Below, piece by piece: positions 1-9,293 of a stretch of 49,058 nt of DNA; position 1 is the first letter of the stretch, and the number at the start of each line of letters is the position of its first letter. The notes beneath the pieces are model-generated. The model had not been told where the DNA came from. It saw only the letters and a program-made list of their open reading frames with translations, and made no database searches. This DNA is from Nitrososphaerales archaeon (GTDB taxonomy: Archaea; Thermoproteota; Nitrososphaeria; Nitrososphaerales; JANXEG01), in NCBI GenBank assembly GCA_025058425.1, contig JANXEG010000001.1, positions 1-49,058 of the forward strand, written 5' to 3'. The translations under genes were made by a program, and so were the position numbers.

Positions 1-872
1 GCATCGTTAATGGGAGTAGGTATACCATAAATATGTCCTAATCTTACAATTGCCCCATTGAGCGAATCGATCTCTGTTTTAGAACCTCTTTCAATATCTT
101 GAAGCATCGATGATTTATTCAATCTTGTCCTCTCTGCTACACTTAACATAGATTTTATAACATCATTCTCTAATTTAACTCCAATAACTTTCGTTACTCT
201 TAATCCTTCCTTTACAGCTTCGATCATTATCTCTTTAATCTCTGGCACATTTAATAACTCACCATTTCTCATACCAGTAATAGCTGATAGAGCATTAATC
301 CCTACATTTATCAATACCTTCTCCCATATAGCGCTTTGAATATTAAAACTTACTTTCGCTTCAATATTAGATCGATTGAATATATTCACGATATTTTGAA
401 CCCTCTCTGTAATGTTACCATTTAATTCACCAATTATCGTTATCCCTTTGGCTGCGTGATAAATTTCACCATAGTTAATCACAGTAGATGCTTCAGTAGT
501 AACACCAGCTAACACATGCTCTATACCAACTTTACTCACAATCTTCTCCACATTCCCCAAACCATTTTGTAAAGTTAAAATAACAGTCTTCTCATGGATT
601 ATAGGTAATATACGCTCTATAGCCGTATCTGTATCGTAAGATTTAACTGCTACAATCACCAAATCTGGCCCTTTCACCATCCGAGGATCGGTTACTACAT
701 CTACTCTAATGATCCTTTCACCACTCACTCCATAAATCTTCAAACCTTCCTCACTGATCAACTTAGCCCTTTCAAATCTTCTATCTATAAGAGTTACATG
801 CTCGCCACCTTCGGTAAGGAGTGCTGCAAATAGACATCCTATAGCGCCAGCACCGAGAATCGCAATTCTCAT
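1..872 (-). CDS. panE: 2-dehydropantoate 2-reductase (ketopantoate reductase); C-terminal end runs off the window
   Basis: Not in the ORF track because no stop lies inside the window. Hand translation of the reverse strand from ATG 872..870 gives MRIAILGAGAIGCLFAALLTEGGEHVTLIDRRFERAKLISEEGLKIYGVSG, a Rossmann GxGxxG N-terminus typical of PanE/ApbA. The same frame is open mid-gene (INYGEIYHAAKGITIIGELN) and at the window edge (HIYGIPTPIND). The start overlaps the panB stop (ATGA). Confidence 0.8.
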   Translation of the reverse strand, partial: MRIAILGAGAIGCLFAALLTEGGEHVTLIDRRFERAKLISEEGLKIYGVSGERIIRVDVVTDPRMVKGPDLVIVAVKSYDTDTAIERILPIIHEKTVILTLQNGLGNVEKIVSKVGIEHVLAGVTTEASTVINYGEIYHAAKGITIIGELNGNITERVQNIVNIFNRSNIEAKVSFNIQSAIWEKVLINVGINALSAITGMRNGELLNVPEIKEIMIEAVKEGLRVTKVIGVKLENDVIKSMLSVAERTRLNKSSMLQDIERGSKTEIDSLNGAIVRLGHIYGIPTPIND

Positions 873-1732
873 CACTTCACCCTTGCCAGGGCCTCGAGGA
901 ACTTTTTATACTCTTCATCACTCATATGAAACGTATGTTTATCTTCAGGGAAGGTTCCAAGCCTTACTTCATCACTATACCTTTGCAGAGCATCCAATAT
1001 AATTTCAGAGAGCTTAACGTACTGCTTCACAAATCTCGGTGTGAACCGTTCATAGAGCCCCAGAGCATCATGAAAGACCAAGACTTGACCATCACAGTAA
1101 GGCCCTGCTCCGATACCGATCGTAGGTACTTTAACTTCACGGGTGATAAATTCTGCGACTTCGCTCATCATAAACTCCAACACTATCGAAAATACTCCAG
1201 CATCCACCAATGCGTAGGCATCTCTCACAATCTTTAATGCTTCTTCACAACTCCTCCCCTGCGCCCTGTAACCACCCAGTTTATGTACGCTCTGTGGTGT
1301 GAAGCCTATATGGCCCATTACAGGTATGCCCGCTTTAACGATCGCCTCTACCGTATCCTTAATTTCAACCCCTCCCTCCAACTTCACCCCATCGGCACCA
1401 CCTTCCTTTATAAAACGACCCGCATTTCGTACCGCTTTCTCCTTACTGACCTGATAAGACATGAAGGGCATATCGGCTACGATGAACGCTCTTTTCACAC
1501 CTCTAGAGGCCGCTTTACAAAAGGTTAACATCTCATCCATCGTTACCGGCAATGTATTTTCATAACCTAGGACCACCATGCCTGCAGAGTCTCCCACTAA
1601 AATAATATCTACACCCGCTCTATCTGCCAGTAATCCAGTAGGATAATCGTAGGCGGTGATCACGACGATCTTCTTCTTCTCCTCCTTCATCTTCAGTAAT
1701 TCTAAAGTGGTAACCTTCTTTACGATCGACAT
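872..1732 (-). CDS. panB: 3-methyl-2-oxobutanoate hydroxymethyltransferase (ketopantoate hydroxymethyltransferase)
   Basis: 286-aa ORF with PanB-like blocks VVITAYDYPTGLLADRAGVDIILVGDSAGMVVLGY and VADMPFMSYQ. Embedded in the pantothenate/CoA gene cluster. Confidence 0.9.
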   Translation of the reverse strand: MSIVKKVTTLELLKMKEEKKKIVVITAYDYPTGLLADRAGVDIILVGDSAGMVVLGYENTLPVTMDEMLTFCKAASRGVKRAFIVADMPFMSYQVSKEKAVRNAGRFIKEGGADGVKLEGGVEIKDTVEAIVKAGIPVMGHIGFTPQSVHKLGGYRAQGRSCEEALKIVRDAYALVDAGVFSIVLEFMMSEVAEFITREVKVPTIGIGAGPYCDGQVLVFHDALGLYERFTPRFVKQYVKLSEIILDALQRYSDEVRLGTFPEDKHTFHMSDEEYKKFLEALARVK

Positions 1733-1738
1733 TTCGTA

Positions 1739-2521
1739 TCATCTCTGAGAAGTATCCCTTTCATAAAATTTTGAGAGATATTGGATTATTATTTCAACAC
1801 ATAAGCTAAGATTCTTTCTATTATCGAACCCTTCGACGATCCGTTGAAGATTCTCTCTACTCTCAGATCGAAGTTTGGAAGCCTCCTCTACCAGCTTTGG
1901 TATGGCTCTAACCACGTTGTCAACGATGGTGATGGAAGCACTTTTAGAGGTGCGTGAGAGGGGGTTTAGATCGATCGCTATCACGACCTTTCCCATCTTC
2001 ACGAGAGCTTCGGTGCGATCACCATCCTCTAGAGGGACAAGGACGGCATCGGCCTTTAAGATACCATCAGGATCTACCCTCCTCCGTTCACTACTTAACT
2101 CCGGTATCGTTACCGATGCTCTACTACCAACACCCAAAACATCATCGGCCCCGGCTTCTTTCAAAATCTTCTGAATCATGACCTCTCTTTCAAGTGTGCG
2201 ATGGAAAAGATTTACTTCGATCTTCCCATTTATAATTCTGGCCAACTTCACCACTCCTTCAGCCACCAACGCAGCTACATTACCATTCACCGAAATTACT
2301 GGATACTTCGCAAGTAAAAGGGTAGCTGCGGCTACCCTGATCGCATCGAGGGCTGGGGGTATCGTCTTCTCACCGAGTATGTAATCGAAGGCTTCTCCAC
2401 GCCCATGTGCGATCAATCCTTCGGGCACGACCACACCGATCTTAAAATATTTGACCAACCTTTCACGGATCTTTAAAGATTCTGCCCTCGGATGGCCCTC
2501 TGGAACGTACGATTCGTTCAT
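1739..2521 (-). CDS. archaeal phosphopantothenate synthetase (4-phosphopantoate--beta-alanine ligase)
   Basis: 260 aa. The N-terminal block PEGLIAHGRGEAFDYILGEKT resembles the archaeal PPS family (COG1701). It overlaps the upstream pantoate kinase gene by 4 nt and sits 6 nt from panB. Confidence 0.75.
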   Translation of the reverse strand: MNESYVPEGHPRAESLKIRERLVKYFKIGVVVPEGLIAHGRGEAFDYILGEKTIPPALDAIRVAAATLLLAKYPVISVNGNVAALVAEGVVKLARIINGKIEVNLFHRTLEREVMIQKILKEAGADDVLGVGSRASVTIPELSSERRRVDPDGILKADAVLVPLEDGDRTEALVKMGKVVIAIDLNPLSRTSKSASITIVDNVVRAIPKLVEEASKLRSESRENLQRIVEGFDNRKNLSLCVEIIIQYLSKFYERDTSQR

Positions 2522-3423
2522 AGGAGTCTAGCACCCTCATGATCGATCTTCGTTACGATCACTCTACCATTCGCATCCAAGTACTTATGAAATATCTTTA
2601 GTAAATCCTTTACATCATTATTCACGATCGAAAAGACCCCTTCACCAAACATCATCATACCACAAGTGAAACCTCTACTATCCGCATCTTGTAACACACG
2701 CCTTACTTTATCTGTCACCATATCTACATGGTCGGTAAATTTTCGAGAGAGTTTAAGAAAGTTTTCGATCGATTGGTGTGCTAAGAATTCATGAAGGAGT
2801 CGACCGCCCATTCCGTTGATCTTCGCTCGATATATAGGATCACTTAGAATCTTTTTTGTGGAAATCGAGCCAAAATTGAGGCATACGACGGAGTAATCAC
2901 CATTTACAGATATCTTTCTTAACTCTCCAATACCTGGAGCGCCTGGCTTCAACCTTGCTTCCAATCCACCGTACAACTCTGCAATTACAGTACCCAAACC
3001 AGTCTTACACTTTACTTCAACTATGTGTGCGATCTGCGCAGCTTCGACCTTCGATAACCCTAAACCTAAAGCTTCATTCAAAGCAAGAGCGAGGCTCAGA
3101 CCACCAGCGCCACTCGAGCCGAAACCCCCTCCAATCGGTACATCAATCCTATGATCTACAATTATTCGATAATTCTCTTTAACGAATTTTAAGAATGACC
3201 GTAACACCTGCTCCGATACACATGCCGATTTTACTGGATATCCATTGATTCTTATCTCATAAGAAGGTTTATGGTAATTCTCAATACTTACTCTTGTAGT
3301 AACACCTTGAGTGATGCTGAAGCCAGCACCTTTAGACCCCATATATAATGGATCTTTATGCTCATCATGAATTTCGAAGAATCCGGTTATATGCGCTGGC
3401 GAGAAGGCCTCAACTCTCATCAT
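2518..3423 (-). CDS. archaeal pantoate kinase (GHMP kinase family)
   Basis: 301 aa with the GHMP glycine-rich loop PIGGGFGSSGAGGLSLALAL. The N-terminus (AFSPAHITGFF) is typical of COG1829 pantoate kinases. Operonic with PPS, panB and panE. Confidence 0.75.
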   Translation of the reverse strand: MMRVEAFSPAHITGFFEIHDEHKDPLYMGSKGAGFSITQGVTTRVSIENYHKPSYEIRINGYPVKSACVSEQVLRSFLKFVKENYRIIVDHRIDVPIGGGFGSSGAGGLSLALALNEALGLGLSKVEAAQIAHIVEVKCKTGLGTVIAELYGGLEARLKPGAPGIGELRKISVNGDYSVVCLNFGSISTKKILSDPIYRAKINGMGGRLLHEFLAHQSIENFLKLSRKFTDHVDMVTDKVRRVLQDADSRGFTCGMMMFGEGVFSIVNNDVKDLLKIFHKYLDANGRVIVTKIDHEGARLL

Positions 3424-3515
3424 AAAGTTTATAGAATTAACACTTTATTAAAATATTCTATGAAAAATTAATAGTTCTATAAAGAAAAATAATCAAGTTT
3501 AAAGTTACTTTAAAG

Positions 3516-3791
3516 TTACTCTTTAATACCTTCTAATGTCGATACGGCAGACCAGAGGGTGACACGTGTAAATGAAGGCATATTTGGATCCTGAGCGATT
3601 TCATCGAGCATGCTAATAGCATTCGCTGCACGAACGGCGGGGCTCAACTTTTCATCCTGTAATACCATAATAGACTCTTTAACGATCTTTCTAATATTTC
3701 TCGGTACATTAACATTATCCGTAATAGTTTGAAGGGTGCTAATGGCGCGCGCAAGTTTTTCTAAATTTTCCTTCCGCTTCTTTGAAGACAA
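3516..3791 (-). CDS. UPF0147-family small archaeal protein
   Basis: 91 aa. The pattern VPRNIRK...KLSPAVRAANAISMLDEIAQDPNMP...R..LW matches my memory of the conserved archaeal UPF0147 family. Function unknown. Confidence 0.7.
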   Translation of the reverse strand: MSSKKRKENLEKLARAISTLQTITDNVNVPRNIRKIVKESIMVLQDEKLSPAVRAANAISMLDEIAQDPNMPSFTRVTLWSAVSTLEGIKE

Positions 3792-3976
3792 TCTCGATAC
3801 ACCTCTTCTCCAATAACATAATCATCAACATTACCAATTTTAAAATTTTTCCAAAACTCGAGATATTATAGTAACAAAGAGTCGCATAATGTAAAGTGTT
3901 CGAATAGTAAGTTGAATATTGCATCGATACCAAAAAGCTTTAAGTTAAATGTGACCTTTTATTTTAGAGGATCGGT

Positions 3977-5104
3977 TTGAAGAAGAGCGGTTATGTCATT
4001 CTACCTTTACATTACGGCCATGCACCACAATGGCTCATTTCACGTATGAAACGTTTGGCCGATGAAATCATGCGAATAATAAATGAAGAATATGGGCCGA
4101 ATGAGATTCTTCTACGCATTTCAGATCCATATTGGTTTCAGGCCTTTGGTTGTGTACTCGGTTTTGATTGGCATTCTTCAGGCTTGACTACCGTGGTGAC
4201 TGGGGTATTAAGAGATGTGTTAAACTTTGAAAGACATGGTGTGATGATGGCTGGTGGTAAAGGCCGTGCTTCTAAGAATACTCCAAATGAGATCGATAAG
4301 ATCGGTGAAGTTCTTGGGCTCACTACAGATAAGATAGAGCGATTGAAGTATGCGAGTAGAATGTGTGCCAAAGTCGATACAGCCGCTATACAGGCGGGCT
4401 ATCCGATCTATCACCACGCATTCTTCATATCTGAGACTGGAGACTGGGCTGTGGTTCAACAGGGGTTGTGTGAAGCTGATAAGACAGCGAGGAGGTACCA
4501 TTGGCATTCGAAGAATGTCGATAACTTTGTCGTCGAACCTCACGATGCAATCGTAGGCGATTGTGTAAGGCCTAGAGTTTTAAATATGACCGCTAGAGAG
4601 GCTGAAGATAATCGTAAGTTATGTGTAGATCTGGTAAGAGGGAATCCGCATAATCTCATATCATCTATTAGAAGGCTGAGTGCCGGTAGATCGAGCCTCG
4701 ATCGATGGCTAAATAGCAGTGAATCCTTTCTATCTGAAGAATACGAGGCTTTCATGATGCCTAGAAATCTCAACTGGGATCTATTTAAAAGATTGTACGA
4801 TTACCAACCGACCGATTACGAAGAGTTCATCGCATTTAGAGGCGTGGGTCCAGCGACTGTAAGGGCTCTAGCCTTAGTATCTGAATTGATCTATGGAAAG
4901 AAGGCGAGTTGGCGTGATCCAGTAAAATTCAGCTTCGCCCACGGTGGTAAGGATGGTGTTCCATTTCCCGTAAATAGGAAGATTATGGATGAAAGTATTA
5001 GGTTTCTTAAAGATCTGATAGATTCTTCGGAGATAAAGAGAGAAGAGAAGATTTCTGCCTTTAAAAGGCTCAACCTCTTGGTAGAACGATGGGCTTTACA
5101 ATGA
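3977..5104 (+). CDS. DUF763-family protein with a C-terminal helix-hairpin-helix-like motif
   Basis: 375 aa with a TTG start. The N-terminal LPLHYGHAPQWL block is characteristic of DUF763. FRGVGPATVRALALVSELIYG looks like an HhH nucleic-acid-binding motif. Confidence 0.6.
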   Translation: MKKSGYVILPLHYGHAPQWLISRMKRLADEIMRIINEEYGPNEILLRISDPYWFQAFGCVLGFDWHSSGLTTVVTGVLRDVLNFERHGVMMAGGKGRASKNTPNEIDKIGEVLGLTTDKIERLKYASRMCAKVDTAAIQAGYPIYHHAFFISETGDWAVVQQGLCEADKTARRYHWHSKNVDNFVVEPHDAIVGDCVRPRVLNMTAREAEDNRKLCVDLVRGNPHNLISSIRRLSAGRSSLDRWLNSSESFLSEEYEAFMMPRNLNWDLFKRLYDYQPTDYEEFIAFRGVGPATVRALALVSELIYGKKASWRDPVKFSFAHGGKDGVPFPVNRKIMDESIRFLKDLIDSSEIKREEKISAFKRLNLLVERWALQ

Positions 5105-5232
5105 ATTCGACCATGCAACTACGGAAGATCGTCCTCGATATCTTTTAGATTGTTTCGTGTTCAGTTTTAAGAAGCTTAGCAGCATCGGCTTATAGATGCT
5201 ATTGTGAGTGATTCAAAGGTTCTTAGAAGATT

Positions 5233-6231
5233 CTAATTTTTCTTATCCTTAATTATTTTGGCATCGACATAACGCTCCATGTTTTGTAATAACACTATAC
5301 GTGAAGCTCTATCCTCATCAATGATCTTAAAGTTAGATAAGAGGGAGGTGAACCTCTTACTATATTCATAGACTTCGTTAAAGCTGAGCATATGATTATG
5401 GTCAAGGCGCTGTATGGATGAACCTATATGCATATATGACTTTACCTCTAAAAAGTGAGGATTGCCAGCTTCTATGAGTTTTGAGAACTTAAGGATGCAA
5501 TCTTCATCGGTATTGTAACCTCTAATCAAAGTCAATCGAATCACGGTACGGGTATCGATCTCTCGAATTACATTCAAACTTTCAAGAAACCTTTCCCAAC
5601 AATCCTTATACTTAGGTAGATGGATCTTTATGAACTGCCTCTTATCTGAAGCATTCATCGATAGATAAAGTTGTGTCGGTAAAGAATTCTCTTTTTGTAA
5701 CCTTCGAAGCATACTTGGTTCCTGTCCATTCGTAACTAAAAATATCGATTTTGTCTGCCTTGATCGATGCAGGTATTGAATGAGTTCGGGCAATTTTGGA
5801 TAGATGGTAGGTTCACCAGAAAGCGAAATCGCGTAGTGAGTGGGTACAAGCGCCTCTTTCAACTTCATTTTATTCACAGATTCATCACCACCAAAGCCTG
5901 AAAGCAATCTTAACCTCTCTTTCATCAAACCATCGATAAGTTCCTTCGGCTCCAAAACCATATCTTCATTGACCTCTTCCATCTTGAAGAAGTTGATCGG
6001 GCGCCAACAGAAGATGCAGTTGTGTTGGCACCATACCGCCATAGGTGTAAATTGCATACAACGATGAGTATCTATACCATAAAATTTACCCTTGTAACAC
6101 TCTCCTCTATCCTTTATAGAGTCTTTTGTCCATTTACAGATCTCCACAGCACCATGCTTATAAATACCATAGTGTGCTCTCCTTAACCTCTCTTCAATTT
6201 CAGGCTCTAGAGTTATTAATCTTGATAACAT
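5233..6231 (-). CDS. taw1: 4-demethylwyosine synthase (radical SAM tRNA-modifying enzyme, TYW1/Taw1)
   Basis: 332 aa with the radical-SAM cluster motif CQHNCIFCWRP, preceded by conserved Cys residues (EICKWTK, ECYK). Overall resemblance to archaeal Taw1. Confidence 0.8.
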   Translation of the reverse strand: MLSRLITLEPEIEERLRRAHYGIYKHGAVEICKWTKDSIKDRGECYKGKFYGIDTHRCMQFTPMAVWCQHNCIFCWRPINFFKMEEVNEDMVLEPKELIDGLMKERLRLLSGFGGDESVNKMKLKEALVPTHYAISLSGEPTIYPKLPELIQYLHRSRQTKSIFLVTNGQEPSMLRRLQKENSLPTQLYLSMNASDKRQFIKIHLPKYKDCWERFLESLNVIREIDTRTVIRLTLIRGYNTDEDCILKFSKLIEAGNPHFLEVKSYMHIGSSIQRLDHNHMLSFNEVYEYSKRFTSLLSNFKIIDEDRASRIVLLQNMERYVDAKIIKDKKN

Positions 6232-6393
6232 GGCAGCGTTTTACTCCCTACTCCATATTCGCCAAAATCCGATTTAAAATCAGACCTTCACCATTTATCA
6301 ATCTTTCTTCCTCATACTTCATTCTACTTTCATAATTTCATCATGTTTCAGCTTTAAAGACTTATTACCGACCTTTGTAAAGATAAAGTAGAT

Positions 6394-7566
6394 TTGAACG
6401 GTGCAGCATCGATAAAGGGCACCCTTTTGGAGGATGCTGTAGCGAACCTCTTTCGCAATTGGGGTTTTGATACGGAGGTTAGATGTAGACTTAAGGATAG
6501 ATTCGATGTATCACATGAGATCGATGTATTGGCATCGAAGACTGAAGTCTTCGGTACCATCAAGATCGCTATTGAATGTAAAAACGTCAAATCACCCATC
6601 GATATCAAGGAGTTAAGAAACTTTCATGATAAACTCCGATCATTGGGGCTGACGAAAGGTATATTCGTCTCTACGGGAGGGTTCACATCCGAGGCCAAAT
6701 CACATGCGAAAGCTCTAGGGATCGAATTATGGGACCTAGAAACTCTACAACGCAAACTCGAAGAGGTCAGGATTCAAGGCGATAAAGTTGATAACGCATT
6801 AGAAATCAAAATTTCAAAGCATGAGATAAGTAATCTTCAACACCTTTTAAATCCTAAGGAGCTTCATTTGGCAGAGTTAAAGTTAGAATTTTATCCGTAC
6901 TACTTTGTGAGTTATGACTGTTTCTCACAACATAAATTGAGTGGGAATATAGTGAATATAGAGAGTAGGGGTATCGTGGTGATCGATGCCATATTTTCAA
7001 ATATCGTCGATTCGATCGCCGAAGGTGTGCAACCATTCCTACCGAGGGGTATAGGGATCGCCGATCTTTCAAAGTTGGAGCCCAGATCGTTAAGTGTGAC
7101 AGATCTAAAGAAAGAGTACGATTTTGATCATGTGATCATCGATCGGCCTAAACTTACACCATTCGATGCTAGAAGGTTGGCCCAACGAGAACTTGTTAAA
7201 AACCTACGTTTTGAATATAAGCATGCTAGAGGGGTTAAGGTATTGACACCATTAGTAAAAGATACCCAAATCTTAGATTGTAGGATCATCAATATCCCGA
7301 TGATTTCAGCATCATTTAGAGCCAAAGAAAGGATCTATCGAAGGATCGTTCAAGGAGCTAGTAAAAAAGAGGTGCTGGATGAATCGAAATTTTGTTCGAT
7401 CTGTAAACTCCCATCTATGGCAGTCTGTGAAGGTTGTGGAAGTATCGTCTGCAGAAAGCATTGGAGGCGTTGTGAATCATGTGGTAAGAACCTTTGTAGC
7501 GAGTGTGTGATTCTAAAGGGTTTGATCCTTAAGAAATATTATTGTAAAACTTGCAAAAACCCTTAA
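6394..7566 (+). CDS. PD-(D/E)xK (Mrr/restriction-endonuclease-like) domain protein with an unknown middle domain and a Cys-rich zinc-ribbon tail
   Basis: 390 aa with a TTG start. The N-terminal ~115 aa carry GxxLExxV..LF...GF, then HEIDVLA (Asp44) and IAIECKN (Glu61-x-Lys63), a classical nuclease core. The C-terminal 55 aa contain five CxxC pairs plus one extra Cys. Confidence 0.6.
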   Translation: MNGAASIKGTLLEDAVANLFRNWGFDTEVRCRLKDRFDVSHEIDVLASKTEVFGTIKIAIECKNVKSPIDIKELRNFHDKLRSLGLTKGIFVSTGGFTSEAKSHAKALGIELWDLETLQRKLEEVRIQGDKVDNALEIKISKHEISNLQHLLNPKELHLAELKLEFYPYYFVSYDCFSQHKLSGNIVNIESRGIVVIDAIFSNIVDSIAEGVQPFLPRGIGIADLSKLEPRSLSVTDLKKEYDFDHVIIDRPKLTPFDARRLAQRELVKNLRFEYKHARGVKVLTPLVKDTQILDCRIINIPMISASFRAKERIYRRIVQGASKKEVLDESKFCSICKLPSMAVCEGCGSIVCRKHWRRCESCGKNLCSECVILKGLILKKYYCKTCKNP

Positions 7567-7641
7567 TATCTGCGCAACTTTTCCATAAAATATGCAATCT
7601 TTTACTTATTTCATCGGTATTAGCCAATTAATAATTATTTC

Positions 7642-7667
7642 AAAACCTTTTCGTATAAAGGTTTTTT
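7642..7667 (+). terminator. hairpin followed by a T-run, downstream of the nuclease-like gene
   Basis: AAAACCTTT (7642..7650) and AAAGGTTTT (7657..7665) form a perfect 9-bp inverted repeat with a 6-nt loop, running into TTTTTT. It could alternatively be part of the topo IB promoter region. Confidence 0.35.
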
Positions 7668-7718
7668 AAGAAAAATTTTTAGCACGATGCTGAAGGAAAC
7701 AATTTCGTACAGTGAGAA

Positions 7719-9293
7719 GTGATGTCAAGGAAGAAACGGTGGACGACACTTGTACATAACGGAGTAGCGTTTCCACCCGAGTATGAAGCGAAGGGTATAA
7801 AGGTCGGTTTAAGAGGCGAATGGTTAACGCTCGATCGAGTGGCAGAGGAGATGCTATATGCTTGGGCGAAGAAGAAGGATACGCCTTACGTGAAAGATGA
7901 GGTTTTTCGGAAGAATTTTCTCGAATCTTTAAGACCATATCTACCACCAGCTTATAGAGATGTAACGTTAGATGAGATAGATCTGTCTGAATTTTATAGA
8001 GTGATCGAAGAAGAGAAGAGGGCGAAAGAGTCTCTAAGTAAGGAGGAGAAGAAGCGTTTAACTCAGGAGCGAAAGAGGAGGCGTGAAGAGCTCAAGACGA
8101 AGTATGGTTATGCTATAGTCGATGGGATAAAGGTGGAGGTTTCGAATTGGATGGTCGAACCTCCCGGTATATTTATGGGTCGGGGCAACCATCCTCTTCG
8201 TGGCAGATGGAAAGAAAGGGTCAAACCAGAAGATATCATACTAAATCTTGGAGAAGATGCACCTATACCAGAGGGGAATTGGGGCGGTATAGTGCATGAC
8301 CATACGAGTATGTGGTTGGCAAAGTGGGTCGATAAGATCAATCCGAGTAAGAACAAGTATGTCTGGTTATCTGAATCATCGTTTTTAAGACAATACCAAG
8401 ATTATCTTAAGTATGACACAGCAGCGAAGTTGGATAAAAAGATCGATAAGATTAGGAGTACGATCAAGAAGATGCTCTATTCGAAGAAGAAGAGTGTAAG
8501 AAAAGTAGCTACCGTTTGCTACCTAATAGATACGTTGGCTTTGAGGGTTGGTGATGAGAAGGATAAAGATGAAGCCGATACGGTCGGTGCTACAACATTA
8601 AGGGTAGAGCATGTAAAGTTAAATCATAACAACAGTATAGAGTTTGACTTTTTGGGAAAGGATTGTGTGAGATGGCAGAAAGTTATAGAGAATCCCGATC
8701 CTCAACTTGTAGAGAATCTTAAAGAATTTATGAAGAATAAGAAACCACAGGATCTAATATTTGATGGTATTACATCTGAGAAAGTTAATAACTTTCTCAA
8801 AAGGTTTGATAAAGGGCTCACAGCAAAGGTCTTTCGTACATATTTGGCAACAAAGGTCGTTAAAGACTTTCTTGAGAAAGTAAATGATAAAATTAAGAAT
8901 GAGGATGAATATGTGAAACTATACTATGCAAAGTTGGCCAATTTAGAAGCTGCTATAAAATGTAATCATAAACGGACACCACCGAAGAATTGGGAAGAGA
9001 GTATAAGAAAGAAAGAGGAGAGGCTCGCAAAACTCTTATCAACGAATCCTAAAACTGAGAAAGCTAAACAAAGATTGAAGCAAAGGATTGAAAAACTCAG
9101 GCTTCAATTAGAACTTGCAAAGGCGATTAGAGAGTATAATCTAAATACATCACTTAAGAATTACATCGATCCAAGAGTTTATTATAACTGGGCAAAACAG
9201 GTCGGATTGGATTGGAGGCGCATATATCCGAAGTCTTTACAAAGAAAGTTCATGTGGGTTGAAAGCGAAGTACCTTTGATCAGAGTTAAATGA
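7719..9293 (+). CDS. DNA topoisomerase IB, eukaryote-type
   Basis: 524 aa. The N-terminus WTTLVHNGVAFPPEY resembles the eukaryotic Topo I core. All catalytic pentad contexts are recognisable against human TOP1 from memory: LRVGDEK...ADTVGATTLRVEHV (Arg), FLGKDCVRW (Lys), LTAKVFRTY (Arg), CNHKR (His), SLKNYIDPR (catalytic Tyr). Confidence 0.9.
   Translation: MMSRKKRWTTLVHNGVAFPPEYEAKGIKVGLRGEWLTLDRVAEEMLYAWAKKKDTPYVKDEVFRKNFLESLRPYLPPAYRDVTLDEIDLSEFYRVIEEEKRAKESLSKEEKKRLTQERKRRREELKTKYGYAIVDGIKVEVSNWMVEPPGIFMGRGNHPLRGRWKERVKPEDIILNLGEDAPIPEGNWGGIVHDHTSMWLAKWVDKINPSKNKYVWLSESSFLRQYQDYLKYDTAAKLDKKIDKIRSTIKKMLYSKKKSVRKVATVCYLIDTLALRVGDEKDKDEADTVGATTLRVEHVKLNHNNSIEFDFLGKDCVRWQKVIENPDPQLVENLKEFMKNKKPQDLIFDGITSEKVNNFLKRFDKGLTAKVFRTYLATKVVKDFLEKVNDKIKNEDEYVKLYYAKLANLEAAIKCNHKRTPPKNWEESIRKKEERLAKLLSTNPKTEKAKQRLKQRIEKLRLQLELAKAIREYNLNTSLKNYIDPRVYYNWAKQVGLDWRRIYPKSLQRKFMWVESEVPLIRVK

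Noticed and set aside
3497-3520. Tandem duplication TTTAAAGTTAC x2 at the 3' end of the UPF0147 gene. A similar TATTTATCAT x2 lies at 36671..36690, at the 3' end of moeA-PBP.
   Set aside because: There are only two copies of 10-11 nt with no spacers, so this is not a CRISPR or minisatellite array. The copies overlap stop codons in AT-rich sequence and are most simply slippage duplications. No function can be argued from the sequence alone.
3739-3933. 64-aa minus-strand ORF overlapping the start of the UPF0147 gene
   Set aside because: It lies in a different frame, overlapping the real gene's 5' end and running into the AT-rich divergent promoter. Its Tyr/Asn/Ile/Leu-rich composition suggests a non-coding origin.
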